Positions 1-13,219 of a stretch of DNA of 64,000 nucleotides are shown here, one piece after another. Numbering within the stretch: position 1 is the first letter of the stretch; each line of letters opens with the position of its first letter. A model generated the notes under the pieces. That model had not been told where the DNA came from, did no database searches, and saw only the letters and a program-made list of their open reading frames with translations. The translations under genes were made by a program, and so were the position numbers. This DNA is from Lama glama (taxonomy: Eukaryota). Location: the NCBI GenBank assembly GCA_028534125.1, contig CM052817.1, forward strand, positions 93,870,001 through 93,934,000. Direction: 5' to 3'.

Positions 1-649
1 TAACAGATTGTAGCTTATCTCAACTAACACGTTTTCACATCATTTGTGTGCTGACTACTTACATTTGTTATCATTGGGTTTTTTATTGTTTCTGTTGCAC
101 TTTATCTTAACTATTGTCTAATGTCAAGTTGCTAAGCCCCAAAGGCAGAGAATATGGTTTAGAGTTAGTTTATTGAAGCATAATAGAACTAAAGAAAATA
201 TTAATCTAAATATTGTAACAGAGTAATACCATAAACATATATAATGAATATGACCATGGAGCAAATGCAAAATAGGCTAGGACGATTGTATCTTCAGTTA
301 CAGTTACTTTGCATAAGCCATAATACTGGACTTGTGATCGAATTCCTTCTAGTCCCCATGGCAGTTCAAATATAAAACATTGTCAAGGCTTCTCTTTCAT
401 TTCCAAACAAAGCAAAATGATCTCTTTTGTAAGCCAACTGTGTTTTTTTTTTTTCAGAATAATTACAAAATAATGTTTGTGGGAAAAACATTTGGTGATA
501 GTTATTACTAAAGAGGTAGAAGAGACAAAAATACAGAAGCATTATACATTACTGCACACCTTCTTGCAAAAATACAGAAATCATAGTGTTGACCAGAAGT
601 CTCTAAAGTTAATGAAAAATACTGTGCTAAAAAGAAAACAGCATCCATC

Positions 650-1010
650 TGTCTTAATCAATTCATACTGCTACAACAGCATACCATAGACTGTGGTTTA
701 AACAACACACATTATTTCTCACAGTTCTGAAGCCTGGAGGTTCAAAATCAGGGTGCCGGCATGGTCGGATTTTTGGTGAAGGCCCCCTTCCTGGTTTATA
801 AACGGTGGCTGTCTTCTCACTGTATCTTTATATGGCAGAGAGTCTCCTACTCTTCTTATGAGGACACTAATGCTATCATGGAGGCTCTACTTTGATGACC
901 TCATCTAGGCTTAACCACCTCCCAAAGGCCCTACATCCAAATACCATTACATTGGGCATTAAGGTTTCAGCACATGAACTTGGGGTGACATAAACATGTA
1001 GTTCGTAACA
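650..1010 (-). mobile_element. MaLR solo LTR, MLT1A/MLT1A0-like
   Basis: tgtctta...ataccatagactg...tttctcacagttctg...ccaaataccattacattggg...aca follows the reverse complement of the MLT1A consensus as I recall it. Confidence 0.85.
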
Positions 1011-1469
1011 GTGTCACTGGCAAAGTTCGTTTTATCTAGTGAACGTGTTGTATGTCACCTAATATTAATGGCACAAAATGTACAATTACAAATATGCGTG
1101 GATCCTACCAGCTGTTTCCCTTTGCTGATGGAAGCACTGCTGTACAGTATGAATCAGTTCTTGTAATACGCACGGTAGACATATGAAGGGAAAAGGATGA
1201 TTCCTTCTTAATGTTTATCACTAAAATTTCATCCTACAGGAGAAAAGGCCTTTTTAAAAATTTTAGCACCAATTTTTTTGAGCCATGATACAGCTAGAAG
1301 TGGTGTATTGGATGGAGTACTTAAGTAGCACTCATTAGCTATGCAGCAAGAAAGGGCGTTGTTAAATAAGTTTCTGCACCAGAATATCAAACACCTTGCT
1401 TTGTCAATACAAGAAATGAATAATTTGTAGTTGGTTCACTGTTGCAGGAAATGGTGATAATTTTGAATA

Positions 1470-1700
1470 TAATCAGGTCAAAGTTCTTTCTCACAGAAAA
1501 CCAGACCAATTTCTGGCTGACTTAAATATAAATAAACTAATGGGAATGGTAACAGGAGCTCACAGAATTGATTGCAGGCCAGAGAGAGAAACAGGTTTGG
1601 GAACGAACAGGAATGAAATCAGCCCCAGAGGCTAAGGCTCAGGAAGCCCAGCAGCGGTGGTGTATCAGAGTCACGCGGGTAAAAGCAGGAGTTAGCACCG
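1470..1700 (-). mobile_element. Old MLT1 (J/K/L-like) LTR fragment
   Basis: cagaaaaccagaccaatttctggctgacttaa...agctcacagaat resembles the ends of old MLT1 LTRs; highly diverged. Confidence 0.5.
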
Positions 1701-2949
1701 GGAGCCGGCTGTTTAACTTCCCCTTCCCCTCTGCACTGGGTTCAAATTCTCCACCTTGAACAGTAGAGGAAAGGGCACCTGATAAAAGTCCCACCAGATT
1801 AAAATCAGTAGACAAAGTATAACCAATATCCAATACACAGGAACTCTGAGAACTTTATTTTCAGCGTGCTATATAAAGAGATGGTCAGTCAGGACAAGAG
1901 ATGCTTCATGTGCTGTGTACTCTCTAAGAAGGAAGGGGGCCACATTTTAAATGAGAGATTTTGGTTATGTAAGAGAGACCATTTCTCTACTTCCTCAGTT
2001 GACATATTTTTAGGGATATATCCAGTATTTTGAAACAGATCAAAATATTGCTATTGTTGAAAACAAGATATCAGGCCCTCTTTAGAAAACCAAACTGTGA
2101 TACAAATGGCTTATCTCCAAGAGTTTAACACTATAAGAGCTGATGATTTTCTTCACACCTATAGACAAAAAACTGATGGTATATTTTATAAGTTATAAAG
2201 CATATTTTATTACCATGTGTAAATTCCGAAATGGAACAGAGTTAAAGGAAACTCCAGAATGAACTTAAAGGGCCACTGTCCTCTACTTCTCAGTATGAAA
2301 CCTTCACGAGCTCTTCCGGCTTCTGTGTGCAATCTGTTTCTCACTTTACAGCTGATGGGAGAGTGCTAAATGCTGTCTTCAATGTGAAAACTCCATAATA
2401 TCACTAGATGGATATTTGGTCTGAACATTCAGAACTATTGGCCAGTTCACCAAATGTCTGCAAGGTGGGGTTTTCTAGGTAAATAAAGAGAAAGAAAAGA
2501 AAGAATTTGACCAGTAACTCAAACTATCCATCACCAGATGGAACTAGATGTTTTTATTCTGCAGAAAGTTAAAGCAATATGATCTCACTGAGATTAGAAA
2601 TTCTATATTTTATGTTTAATTTGTCCAGTTTTTAATATTTTAATTTAACTTAAAAATTTTTTTAACTTGTCAAAAGTTGATGGGCTTAACCTTCCCCTGT
2701 TGAAATGCTCCCTAAGTCTACACAGATGCCACAACGAGGAATATCCCACCAGTAGCTGTTTGACTGTACCTGTAACCCTTGAGCATGTTAAACTTTGCCC
2801 AAAGTTCAAAATCAGGAGAGATACAACCGATAGCACTTAACATGGATTGTGAGCATGAAGACATTTCATAACAATTATAGGTGGCTAAATCTAAGAACTT
2901 AGGCATTCCAAGCTCTCTTTTTGGAAATCTACCCTAGAAAATAAAATGA

Positions 2950-3050
2950 TAAAAAATAGATAAGCAACAAGGATTTACTGTCCAGTACAGGGGATTATAC
3001 ACAATATCCTGAAATAACCTATAGTGGAATATAATCTGAAGAAAAAGAAA
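2950..3050 (+). mobile_element. L1 3' UTR fragment
   Basis: gataagcaacaaggatttactgtccagtacaggg...ataacctatagtggaa; similar to L1 tails at 11925 and 51357. Confidence 0.7.
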
Positions 3051-3134
3051 AGAAAGTGATAAATTGAGTGATTGGCCAGACAATAGGTAGTCTTTTAAAA
3101 TATGATATATCATGATTATTTGTCTACTATAATG

Positions 3135-3350
3135 AGAGGCAGTGTGGTATAGTAGAAAGTATACAGGATTTGGAGACAGAAATTGCTTCAGTCTTGACTT
3201 TGCTACCAGGTGAACGTTTGCTGCTGAATGACTTACTGCCCTTAATATCTCTAAATCTTACTTAATTCCTCAGCAAAATGGAAGAAGTTATAATACCCTC
3301 ATGATACCACCTGAAAAGTAAATAAGGCAGCACCATGTTCATGGTGACCT
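3135..3350 (+). mobile_element. MIR SINE
   Basis: gaggcagtgtggtatagtagaaag...ggatttggagacaga...aaaatggaagaag; MIR head and core pattern. Confidence 0.65.
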
Positions 3351-4319
3351 AAAAATATTGCTGACTTTTCTACATAATTTTTCAAATCTTTTCTCTACTT
3401 AGCCTAAAGAAATAAGATTAAAAATATGTCTTAATCTTCTGAAAAAGACTAACCTTTTATCTTACCCTCCAGGGTTAAAATTAAGGGACATAAGCATCAT
3501 CAGAAATGATAATGTCAAGTAGATATAATGCATCATTCTTATAATATTTCAAGTGTCAAAAATAATGTCTTTTTTGGTACCAATCCTAGCATCAGCCAGA
3601 AATAGTAATGTCAAAACGACCATTGCACTTTTTATCATAGTGCATGCTGTATTTTTAATATTGCCTCCACTTCAAATTCTTATCAAATTATTGTGAATTA
3701 GCTCCAGCAGCATTTAGATTTGCATGAATAGGAATAAGCACATTTCCCCACTATGTTATTAAAGGCAAAATATGAGATCTTGAGACCTTTATAATTACAT
3801 AATAAATTCCTTTTCAGATCTTGAAAAATATTACTCATGTTGAATGAAGTAAAATACACTTGTCTAAAACCAATAACGCTTCTAGACTTTTTTTCATTTC
3901 ATCAGTGCAGATCTTAATTGAAAAGGCTAATATAAATATAAGCTCACAAAAATAAATAATGACTGGACAAGTGAACATATTAAGAAAAATGAATTATGCA
4001 AGTCACAACAGACTTCAATAACAAAAGAATAGCACTTACTGCATAATTTCTTCCTGATCAATAAATGTACCTCAGGTTATCAAATATTCACGCCAAAATC
4101 CTAAACCAAATGAACTCATGAACCAACTTCCAAATTCAGCCTCCAAATCAACTCCCCCAAACATAAGATTTATGGGTCCCAGGCCATCATCTCATATCTC
4201 CATTTGTCCTTATAAGTGTTGCCTGCTAGTTGTTTAACTTCATTACCTCATTCAAGGCAGTAACAGCAAATTATCAAAAGTATATCTCCTTCTCTCCTCT
4301 TTGTAATAAACTCTACAAC

Positions 4320-4672
4320 ATTTCTGCTTGGCCAGAGTAGCTACATTTCTAGCCTTCCTGAAGCAGGTGTGGCTATTGACAGTACTGGCTGATGCGATAG
4401 GAGCTGAAATGGTGTATGTAATATCCAGGCCATCTCCTGAGAGTCATCACTACTTGTCTGTATTGTTCCTTTGCCCTTTTCCATTTCTTTAGAAAAGAGA
4501 GCTGCCCAGGACAAGGTGGGAAGCTCCTGAAAAAGTTACATATTTCCTATTAGCAGTGGACCACTCACCACTGCACTCTTACATTGGAAAGCAATAAACA
4601 TCTTTCTTGATTGAGCTAGTATGTTTGGGGGTTTTTTAGTTGTAGCAGCTTGGCCAGTATCATAACTAATAA
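4320..4672 (+). mobile_element. Old MLT1-type LTR
   Basis: ctacatttctagccttcc...gcaggtgtggctat...aataaacatctttcttg...gttgtagcagc...aactaata 3' end. Confidence 0.6.
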
Positions 4673-4727
4673 CCCATCCCATCATCATCTCCATAGGATG
4701 AAATAAATGGGTCTCAAAGTTAGAAGC

Positions 4728-4908
4728 CAGTGGTTCTCAAAGTGTGTTCCCAGGGCCAGCTGTATCAGCATTTCTTTGGATTTTATTAGAAATGAAAATT
4801 CTTGGGCCTAACCTAATACATATGGATTCAGAAATTCTAGTGGCGAGGTCCAGAAATTTGTGTTTTAACAAGATTTCCAGGTGATTATGGTGCATTTGAG
4901 AGCCACAG
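4728..4908. mobile_element. MER5A (hAT-Charlie MITE)
   Basis: Termini cagtggttctcaaagtgtg ... tttgagagccacag; internal ttagaaatgaaaattcttgggcc and tgtgttttaacaag. Confidence 0.85.
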
Positions 4909-5744
4909 ATCTAGATTAAGACACACAATGAGGCTTACAGCCTGCAGTCTTACTCAGGGAACCCACAGAACATTGGTGAAGAAATATTCTGTGTTGAAAG
5001 ATGAATGACCAAACCCTGAATAAAAGATGGCTGAAAGAAGGGACTTCCCAGACCTCAGTTCAACTCCCCAGGTTACAATGGCATCACTCAAAGAGTCACA
5101 GAAAGAAGGGAAGGAGAAGCTCTACTGTGAGCATGTAAAGGGGACCTGGAGGTCCTGGGAGGTTAAAATTTGATGGAAAAGTGATGACACTCTAATAGGC
5201 AAAACATGTTGCCCAGAAACTCAGACACAAAATGGTCCATGGTCTGCTTCTGGCAAATAAGTGGTAAATTTCTGAGTGAATGTTCTTAAATATTGTTCAT
5301 CTTTGAATCCCAGTCAGAGCCACGTCAAAGAAAAATGTTTGAATGGGAAGACCTAGAGCTAACCAGATGCAGTGAGAGGGGTTGCAGGTCACTCTCCTCT
5401 CCCACCAGCAGGGCACTGGAGGTCCAGGACTCCCCTCTACAACAGAGCCCTCTCTCTTTTAGCTGTTTATTGGTGTTTCCTGGGGAATGCCCTGGCAGAG
5501 CCTTGAGAGCTTGCTGAATGGACCCCCTAGCCTCACATCAAAGCAGCACACTTCGTTCCCATCCATCCACTTCCTGGACAGGAAAATAATGACTTTATCA
5601 TGTTGAACTTGTGGCTGGTGAAGAAACAGAGAAGTATATTTTCCTCACTCCAATTTTGAGGATGATCCTCACTCTTCCGACCCTTCTGGAAGGCTTCAGC
5701 CTGACCTCAGAATACAGCAAATATAAGAACTTGGCCATTAATTT

Positions 5745-6150
5745 GTTCCTTTGCTTTTCACTCCATCATTTAACATCCATCAAGTACTTATTTCATGCTC
5801 AGTACTGTGTTAGGCACTGAGAAGCCACATTCTTAGGCTTTTTAAATTTTAATCTGGGAGGACATAATTCACTGTATTAAAAGTGTCACGGACAAAAGGA
5901 AAAGATCCAGGAGAAGTCTAAGCTGGGTCAGAAAGGAAGACTTGGTATTTACAAGAAAGGGAAGAAAAGAGGGCAGTCCAAGCAGAGAGCACAGCATGAA
6001 CGTAACAGGCTGGAATGTGCCCTGTATATCAGGTGAAGAGCAGAGAGTCCAGTGTGGTTAAAAGCACCGAGGGCGTGGGGTTCAGGGTAGGGGCACTGAG
6101 GACTAAAGGGCCAGCTGGGGCTCCATTTGTGGAGCTGGCTTCATCAGAAT
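5745..6150 (-). mobile_element. L2 3' fragment
   Basis: catccatcaagtacttatt...tactgtgttaggcactga followed by purine-rich sequence typical of antisense L2. Confidence 0.6.
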
Positions 6151-6208
6151 GGAAAATATTCTAGAGTTCCCCACCAGGCACCATGGAATACCCCAGCCTG
6201 ATTTCCTT

Positions 6209-6676
6209 TGTCAACTGAAAAAAATGCACATTGTGAGAGCTGTGAGTTAAGTTTTACTGGGGGCAAAATGAAGACTGTAGCCCAAGAGACAGCATTTCAG
6301 ACAGCTCTGAGGAACTGCCCCAAAGAGGTAAGGGGGGAGGTCAGCATATCTGTGATTTTGGTGAAGGGGTTACATGCAATCAGCACGCATTTTTGCAGAA
6401 GGTTGCTGCTAGTCTTGAGGAGCAGATGTCTCCATTAATAATTTTAGTGTTTTTCTAGATATAAAGAGATGTAAGAATTTGGGCTTATAAAAGCTTCTCC
6501 TGAAAATATCTACCTATCTGAAGGCCTGTTCTGCCAATTTTTCCCAGAGCACAGAGTGCCTCATTCCTGATCTCCGTCCTGAACTCTTTTCCAGGTGTGT
6601 TGGAGGTCAGTGGCTGCAGTGACTCATGATCTAACCCTTGTAGAGGCAGATGGCAAGTGCCAATTTTTAGCTGGCA
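6209..6676 (-). mobile_element. ERV1 solo LTR, MER41-like (artiodactyl type)
   Basis: 468 bp with TG...CA termini and a perfect 4-bp TSD CCTT (6205-6208 and 6677-6680); the family name is from recall. Confidence 0.8.
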
Positions 6677-6926
6677 CCTTACACATTAAATAGAGTCAAC
6701 TCCCTACCCACCCACCCTGAACCATCTCTGCCTTCTACATCTGTAGGAACCATGTGATTCAAGGCATTTTCCTGGTAACTGAGGAGGGAGCAATCATACT
6801 ATGTCTGGTAAAGCCTGAATCTTTCAGTCCTGAGGGCTAGAGGCCACAAGATGCCAGGAGCTTCTGAGCAAATAGCAAAGGTTGAAATAGCAAACAAATT
6901 TCCTTTGTCTATCTTGAAAATGTTTA

Positions 6927-7146
6927 CAGTCAACCCCTGAACAACTCTGGGGTTAGAGGCACAAATCCCCCCAACCACCCAATCAAACTCCACACATAAC
7001 TTAACAGTTGGCCCTCCTAATCAGTGGTACTGCATCCTTAGGTTCAACAAAACTAGATGATGTAGTACTGCAGGACAAATTTATTTTAGAAATCTGCATA
7101 TAAGTGGGCCCATGCAGTTCAAACCCATGTTGTTCAAAGGTCACTG
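6927..7146. mobile_element. MER8-like TcMar-Tigger MITE
   Basis: TA on both sides; TIRs cagtcaacccctgaacaac / gttgttcaaaggtcactg; 220 bp. Confidence 0.8.
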
Positions 7147-7654
7147 TATTCCACTCTCCTAGCATTCAATGTGAGTGGCTAGTGAAATGCTCAGATTATG
7201 AAAGTTTCAGCTGGGAGAACGGAGTGTTCTGTGACCTTTTTGCATATTGCTAAAAAAAAATGTGTACATCATTGGCTTCAGCTTCTGGAAATGAAGTCGT
7301 TTAGAATCTCTGAGAGTTTTTCTACTACAGTACAACTAGATCCCAGATAAAACACTATAATGCATGGCTGGGTACAGACAGGAAGTTCAATCTATTGGGA
7401 AAGAGTGAAATAAAGTTAGAAAGGTCAGCAACAAGAAAACACAAAACCAGTTGTTACTCTGGAAAGATTTGTTACAGTTCTGGGACAGGAATCTAGTTTG
7501 GGGCCCCCACTTGAGGTGGTGAAGCTAAATCAGAAAGGTCCACTTGGTTGCTCAAATGGGGCTCAGGTGGTCCTGTGTTAAAATCATCACAGTGGTTCCA
7601 AGCTAACAGATGAAAACCTCTCTGGAAGAAACATAAATTAAGGCCATTAAGAAA

Positions 7655-7880
7655 TAGCACTTCACAACGGCCAGACTGGCAAAACAGTAACCAAAAAAAT
7701 AACAAAAATTCTGATAATACTAAATGTTGGTGAGGCAGCAATGAGAATTCTCATATATACAGAAAACAGAGTAACAACTCAAATGTCCATTGAAAGAATG
7801 AAGTTTCAAGGATATGTAATTAGACGATGAGATATCATACAGTAGGGAAGAATCAAGAACTAAAACTAGAAGCAGAAATA
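7655..7880 (+). mobile_element. Old L1M fragment
   Basis: cacttcacaacggccagactggcaaa...ctgataatactaaatgttggtgagg...caactcaaatgtccat resembles the end of ORF2. Confidence 0.6.
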
Positions 7881-8329
7881 AAGTTCTCTTAATTTTAAGG
7901 TAAACTCTTACACCTGATATTAGGCTTGAAAATTTTCTTTAAAAACATGATAGAAATTATTTACTCTGGAAATCGCAACTGTATTCTGGAATTGTGTGCA
8001 CATGTGTTCCCTATAGTACCACTCTGTTCATCCTGAAATCACTAGGTTATTTTTTTTCTTTATTGATTCTGTATCTGGAAGGAGAGGATGTAGTAGTTCT
8101 CAGTAAATATTTGTTGATTTTTAAAATCAAGTCAAATCAACTCTATGTGTAATATTAATAGGAGCTCCTCTAAGAAACGTGATTACCCAAAAGCTTACAC
8201 TCCTAACAGTTACCCAAGTACCCAGGACCAACATCTCAATGGTTAGTCTCAAAACAGAGAATTATTTGCTATAACTAAGTGTGCCCAAGACACTAAAGAC
8301 TCCACACCCATTTATACATATGTCCATAT

Positions 8330-9595
8330 ATTCCTTATCTCTTGTATCTGAGAAGGCCTAAAATAAATCACACACAGTAGCAATGAGCAGTCTTGAGCCA
8401 AGTTCTTGCTTGCTAAATGCCATTCTTTACTCCAATGAACCAGAAATCCTTCAAAGCAATGCCTGGTTTCAGGGATGCTTCAGGAAAAGTACAGGATGAC
8501 CCTGGAGCAGCTCGTTGTGCCAAAAAGGAAGTGTCGAAATAACCATGAGAATTTGACAAAGGTCACAGGAAGCAGCTTGAAGGAACCCCTCTGGCCAAAT
8601 CTGGGACAAATTAAGCAACAAACTACTGATAATAATGGACTATAACCCAGTGAATAAAATAATAATCCATGGGTTCATTCTGATGTAAGTAAATCAATAA
8701 TTAAACGGGAAAGAGGAAAATCTCTTGTGGTATAATGACCACTAACACAGAGAGAATGATGGAGTAGAAAAATCATCAGTGGATGCTAAAACTACAAAGT
8801 GGAAGCTTGGTGAGGAACATTATTTTTACACAGTTGTGTAGTATCTTCCTATGAATTACCTATTACAAATAAAAAGTTAGTTTACAGTGCAGAAAGCTAA
8901 TATCACTAACACTGGAACAAACTGATGTCATGTGCCTCTCAATATCATGGTCTAAGAAATAAACAGCATTTCTTCCATTGCTTTCTTACCAAAAATACAT
9001 AAAAACAAAACAAATCTGAAATTAGGAAAAATTAGATAAATTCAAATTAAATGTCATGCTACAAAATAATTTAGTAACTAGATTAAATGTCATTCTATAA
9101 TGCACTCTTCAAATTGTCAAAGTCAAACAAAGCAAAGGCTGAGGAATGGTTCTAGAAAGATTGAAACTGAATCCATTACAAGAACGACCTTGCTCCATCT
9201 TAGACCAAGAGAAAAAAAAAAAGCTGTAAAGGATATTGGTGGGACAATTGATAAAATCTGAATAGGCAGCAGATTAGGTAATGTTATATATCAATATTAC
9301 ATTTCTGGGTTTTGATCATAAAGAAAATGTTCTTTTTATTAGGAAGTACACACTGAATTATCACAGGATAAAGAAGTACAATTCCTCAATGTACTGTCAA
9401 ACGGTTCAGAAAGAAAAAGTTTACACACGCACGCAAAAACTACATATAATAAGAGAAAGAGGGAGGGGAGAAAGCATGATAAACATTTGGAGCAAAATGT
9501 AAACACTTGGTGATCTGGATCAAGGGTTAATGGTGTTTCTTGTACAGTTCCTGAAACTCTTCTGAATGTTTGAAATGATATAAAATGTAAAATCA
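8330..9595 (+). mobile_element. L1MC/L1MD-type 3' UTR
   Basis: cagtagcaatgagca...ctggccaaatctgggacaa...gggacaattgataaaatctgaat...tctggatcaaggg...tcttgtacagttcctgaaactctt. Confidence 0.75.
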
Positions 9596-10149
9596 TATTT
9601 TCTCTTTTTGACTAATTTGCATTTGACTCTGCAATTCTGAAATATATGCCTTTAGAGCAATCTCTCTTGGTGCCTGACTACATCTGACCACCATCTTGAG
9701 CCTCTCAGCTCGGCAGTTCCCCTCCCCATTCCTCAAAAGCCAACAGGAAATACACGCAGGTCCAGACCAGGTCAGCTTGTCATATTACCTATTACCTTTC
9801 CTTCCTTGCACGTTTCTATTTTCCTTAAGGCCATCATATTCCATGCAGTTACTATTCCCAGTGACAAAGCGTGCCCAGCTCTTCCCATCCTGAATGCAGA
9901 AGGCTCATTTATTGGCGGGGGTGGGGGCAAGGGTGGTCTATACATTACCACTGGTAAATACAAAGGGGAACTCTGAACATTCCTTGTAGAGTTCAAGGAA
10001 CTCTCTCTCCTGTAAGAATACTCTCCCCACCCTCCAAGGGAACTAGCGTAATCCTTAGTAAGGAGCCTTTCACTGACTAACCAGGAAGAACTGTCCCACA
10101 AACTAATGCCTGTTCTCAGGATTCACCCCTAACCCCCCTCATTGACTCT

Positions 10150-11340
10150 GGGCCCTAACAAGAGTTAAAGCCCTACATAGTCCAGACAGAGTAATACAAG
10201 GCCAGCTGTAAAGGAGAGAATCTATACAAGAGAGACAACATGTGCCAGTAGGACTGAGGAGCATGTGTGGAAGTGGATTCTGAGAACATTAGCTCCCGGA
10301 GAGTACCTGTCACCAAGGACTCATAAATAATGTATTAGATCATCAACAGTGGTGTTGATGGTTTGCTAAGTTAGCTAACTGAATCTGGATCCAAAAGTTA
10401 TCTACATCAGCGGCCAACAAACTATGGCCCACTAGCCAAATCCAGTCCTCTATCTGTTTATATAAATAAAACTTTATAGGAACTCAGCTATACTTATGTG
10501 TTTCCATATTGCCTGCGGCTGCTTTTGAGCTATCATGGCAAAACTGAGTAGTTGTGATGGAGACCATATTCTCCTCATAGTCTGAGATACTTACTATTTT
10601 CTGTTTACTGAAAAAATTTGCTGACCCCTGATCAACATCACTGAGGTCAAAATGTGGGAAGGCTCCAGAGTTATAGGAGAGGAAGGAGCCCTAACGGAGA
10701 ATGGGAGGCTGGACTGAATCCATTATGTGGCAACCTGCTCACCACCTCAACTGTACCTCCTAGGGATGGCTCACAGAATACTTCCTTTACCAAGGCATTG
10801 ATGAGAAAGCCACCGAAAGACTGAAAAGCTCTGTGTTGGATGTCCTCTGAAAGCTGGAGACAACAGTGGAGGATGATGCATTAAAATTTAGCTTCCTGAT
10901 CTCAATGGAAATAATGCAATCCCAGCAGGGCAGAGACCAGGTGTTAGCAATTAACCACCAGTGAGAAAGGGCATACCATTAAACAGTAGCCTCCAGGGAA
11001 AATGAAGTCAGGCTGTTCTGACCTGCAAGGATTCCTGGGGACGGTGAATTGTCCATGGAATCAGCAATGAGCCCTAGAAATAAAGCAGATGGATTGCCTA
11101 TTTAAAGCATTTCTGTACCTAAATTGACAGAGGTGGTCTAGATTTAGGCATCAGAATCTTAACTCAAATCACCATAGTGGAAATGTATACCTTATCCATC
11201 TAGACTTAAGCCAACTCACAAACCCCAAGCCTCTTGACTAAAGGGGGAGGCTGGGATCTTTGAAGGACCACACAACACAGCCTGAGGCTGGTATCCTAAA
11301 TCTACCTCTGGTTCCTCCCCCAGGGACCCATGGCCATTGT
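10150..11340 (+). mobile_element. Decayed ERV-L internal region (gag), interrupted by MER58A
   Basis: Peptide remnants HVWKWILR, PFTKAL, KSSVLDVL and SMEIMQSQQGRDQVLAINHQ occur in the order of ERV-L gag motifs; many stops and frameshifts. Confidence 0.75.
10408..10630. mobile_element. MER58A (hAT-Charlie)
   Basis: cagcggccaacaaactatggccc ... aatttgctgacccctg; 8-bp TSD atctacat/atcaacat. Confidence 0.9.
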
Positions 11341-11812
11341 TGTTCTCCGTTTAATGCTCTGGTCTAAACTGCAACTGAAATCATCCTGGAACAGTTAAGT
11401 AAAAATTTTATGAAAGTTGAGGATCACAAAATGGAAATCCACACAGAAAGTAACATTAAACTAGATATACATGTAATGGCTGTAATATCTTGAAAATATT
11501 GTAACCATGTATTTTTAATTCCCTAAGGCTCTCCCAGACATTGAATCAAGGGCTTTCATTGCCTTGAGGGAAAAGCCCATATTACCTGGAGGAAAAGAAT
11601 CGCTCAGATTTCAGTGTTAAATCAGATTTGTAAAGTTTACAGTGAGAAATAGCCCTGAAAGCCTGGTTTCCTTGAGCAAGAGCACCCTCCCCCTCCCACC
11701 CCTACACACTCCTTAATTTCCAAAATCTTCTCATCACACATCAGAGAATGAACTTTGGAAGATTTTCTACATAGCAGATCATCAAGCAGAGTAGTCAAGA
11801 TGTGTACTAAAG

Positions 11813-11905
11813 CAGGGTGGGAAATAGCTCATGCTTAGCATGCAGGAGGTCCTGGGTTCAATCCCCAGTACCTCCACTTAAAAAATAAAATAATTAAATA
11901 ACAAA
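11813..11905 (+). mobile_element. Camelid tRNA-Ala-derived SINE (Vic-1 type), A-box partly deleted
   Basis: atagctca[deletion]tgcttagcatgcaggaggtcctgggttcaatccccagtacctcca plus A-rich tail; compare the copy at 38539. Confidence 0.85.
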
Positions 11906-11924
11906 GAAGTTTCTTTTTAAAAAA

Positions 11925-12103
11925 AAGTATAGCACAGGGAACTGTATTCAATACCTTGTAATGGCGTATAATGAAAAGGAATATATATATATACAATATA
12001 TATATGAATCCTGTGCAGTACACCAGAAATTAACATGACATTGTAAATTGACTATACTTCAATAAAAATAAATGAATTTTTTAAAAGTATGAACAGAAAA
12101 AAA
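11925..12103 (+). mobile_element. L1 3' terminal fragment joined behind the SINE
   Basis: gtatagcacagggaactgtattcaataccttgtaat...acattgtaaattgactatacttcaataaaaa. Confidence 0.85.
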
Positions 12104-13219
12104 AAGATATGCACTAAAGAAAATTCCCACCCAACTGCTAAGCCTCTCTTTGAGAGAAAGGAAGAGAGAGGAATGCAGAGTAAATAATTCCAGAGGGGCT
12201 TCCTGCCCCCTCCCCTATCACTGGGGCCAAACCCACCCCTGCGGAAAGAGTCCTCGGGTGAAGGGCGGGTGGCTTAGACACACAAACAAGTTACAGGACC
12301 TCTCCAAGCAGGAGGCGTCTTTGCTCCCCCTGCTGGGCCAGCCTTTCAGAGAAGCCCGTTTCTCTGAAACCACTTGTTTCAGAGAACCACCCAGCTCTCA
12401 CTCTGACTCCAAAGCCAAAGTGTAGAAATGGCTGAAGGCAACTGCCTATACAGCACGCACGTTGGGAGTCTAGAGGATGTGTTTCCCCACCCCTGAGGAA
12501 GAAGGAAAGTCATTGGAGGAGGCTGACTGGCACACTTGCTGCAGGGGGAGTGGGTGGAGGGTGGTCCCTCTTTGAAGAATAATGTAACCTAGAGCAGATG
12601 CCCAGGGAAAATGTCTCGGGATTAAACAGCACCCTGACCATGCCTCAGAGGGTCGGCCACATCGGGAGGACAAGGTGGGAGGCTCAGGCAGCAAGAGAGG
12701 AGTAATGACCTTGACAATGCTAAGAGGAAGACCCACTTGGCACCCCACCTGGAGACATTCAGCAGAGGAATCAGTCTGCTGCCTCCCTGCCCTGAGGATA
12801 CCCAAGCTCCGCATCTTGGGAAACAGAAGGAGAATACTTCGACAGAATGGAAGCAAACATAACAGCAGGTTTGATATTAGCATCGGGTGAACTTTGAATA
12901 AAGTGAGTATTCACTCCTACAAAACAGAAGATACTGGGTGGGCTTTAGATGGCCTATGCAAGCAGTGTGGCTTTCCCTCCCACGAGGAGGGAAATGAGGG
13001 CCGAGGAGAAGTGAATCTCGGATACAGGAAACAAAGCTCCGTCATTTGGACACCCTTCTTTACTGTAACTGTCAAATTTCAACCCTGTGACAGAGAACAA
13101 AGCTTCATAATTTTCAGCTCATAAACTCCAGAAAGTGTGACAATTTCCTCAGAGCATTACAGGCTGTGCTCACCACCCTGGCCTCCCTTTGACCATCGTG
13201 GCCTGCACACCTTCCAGTA

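Noticed and set aside
12470..12890. 137-aa and 71-aa overlapping ORFs
   Set aside because: No splice or homology support; purine-skewed and probably an old repeat remnant
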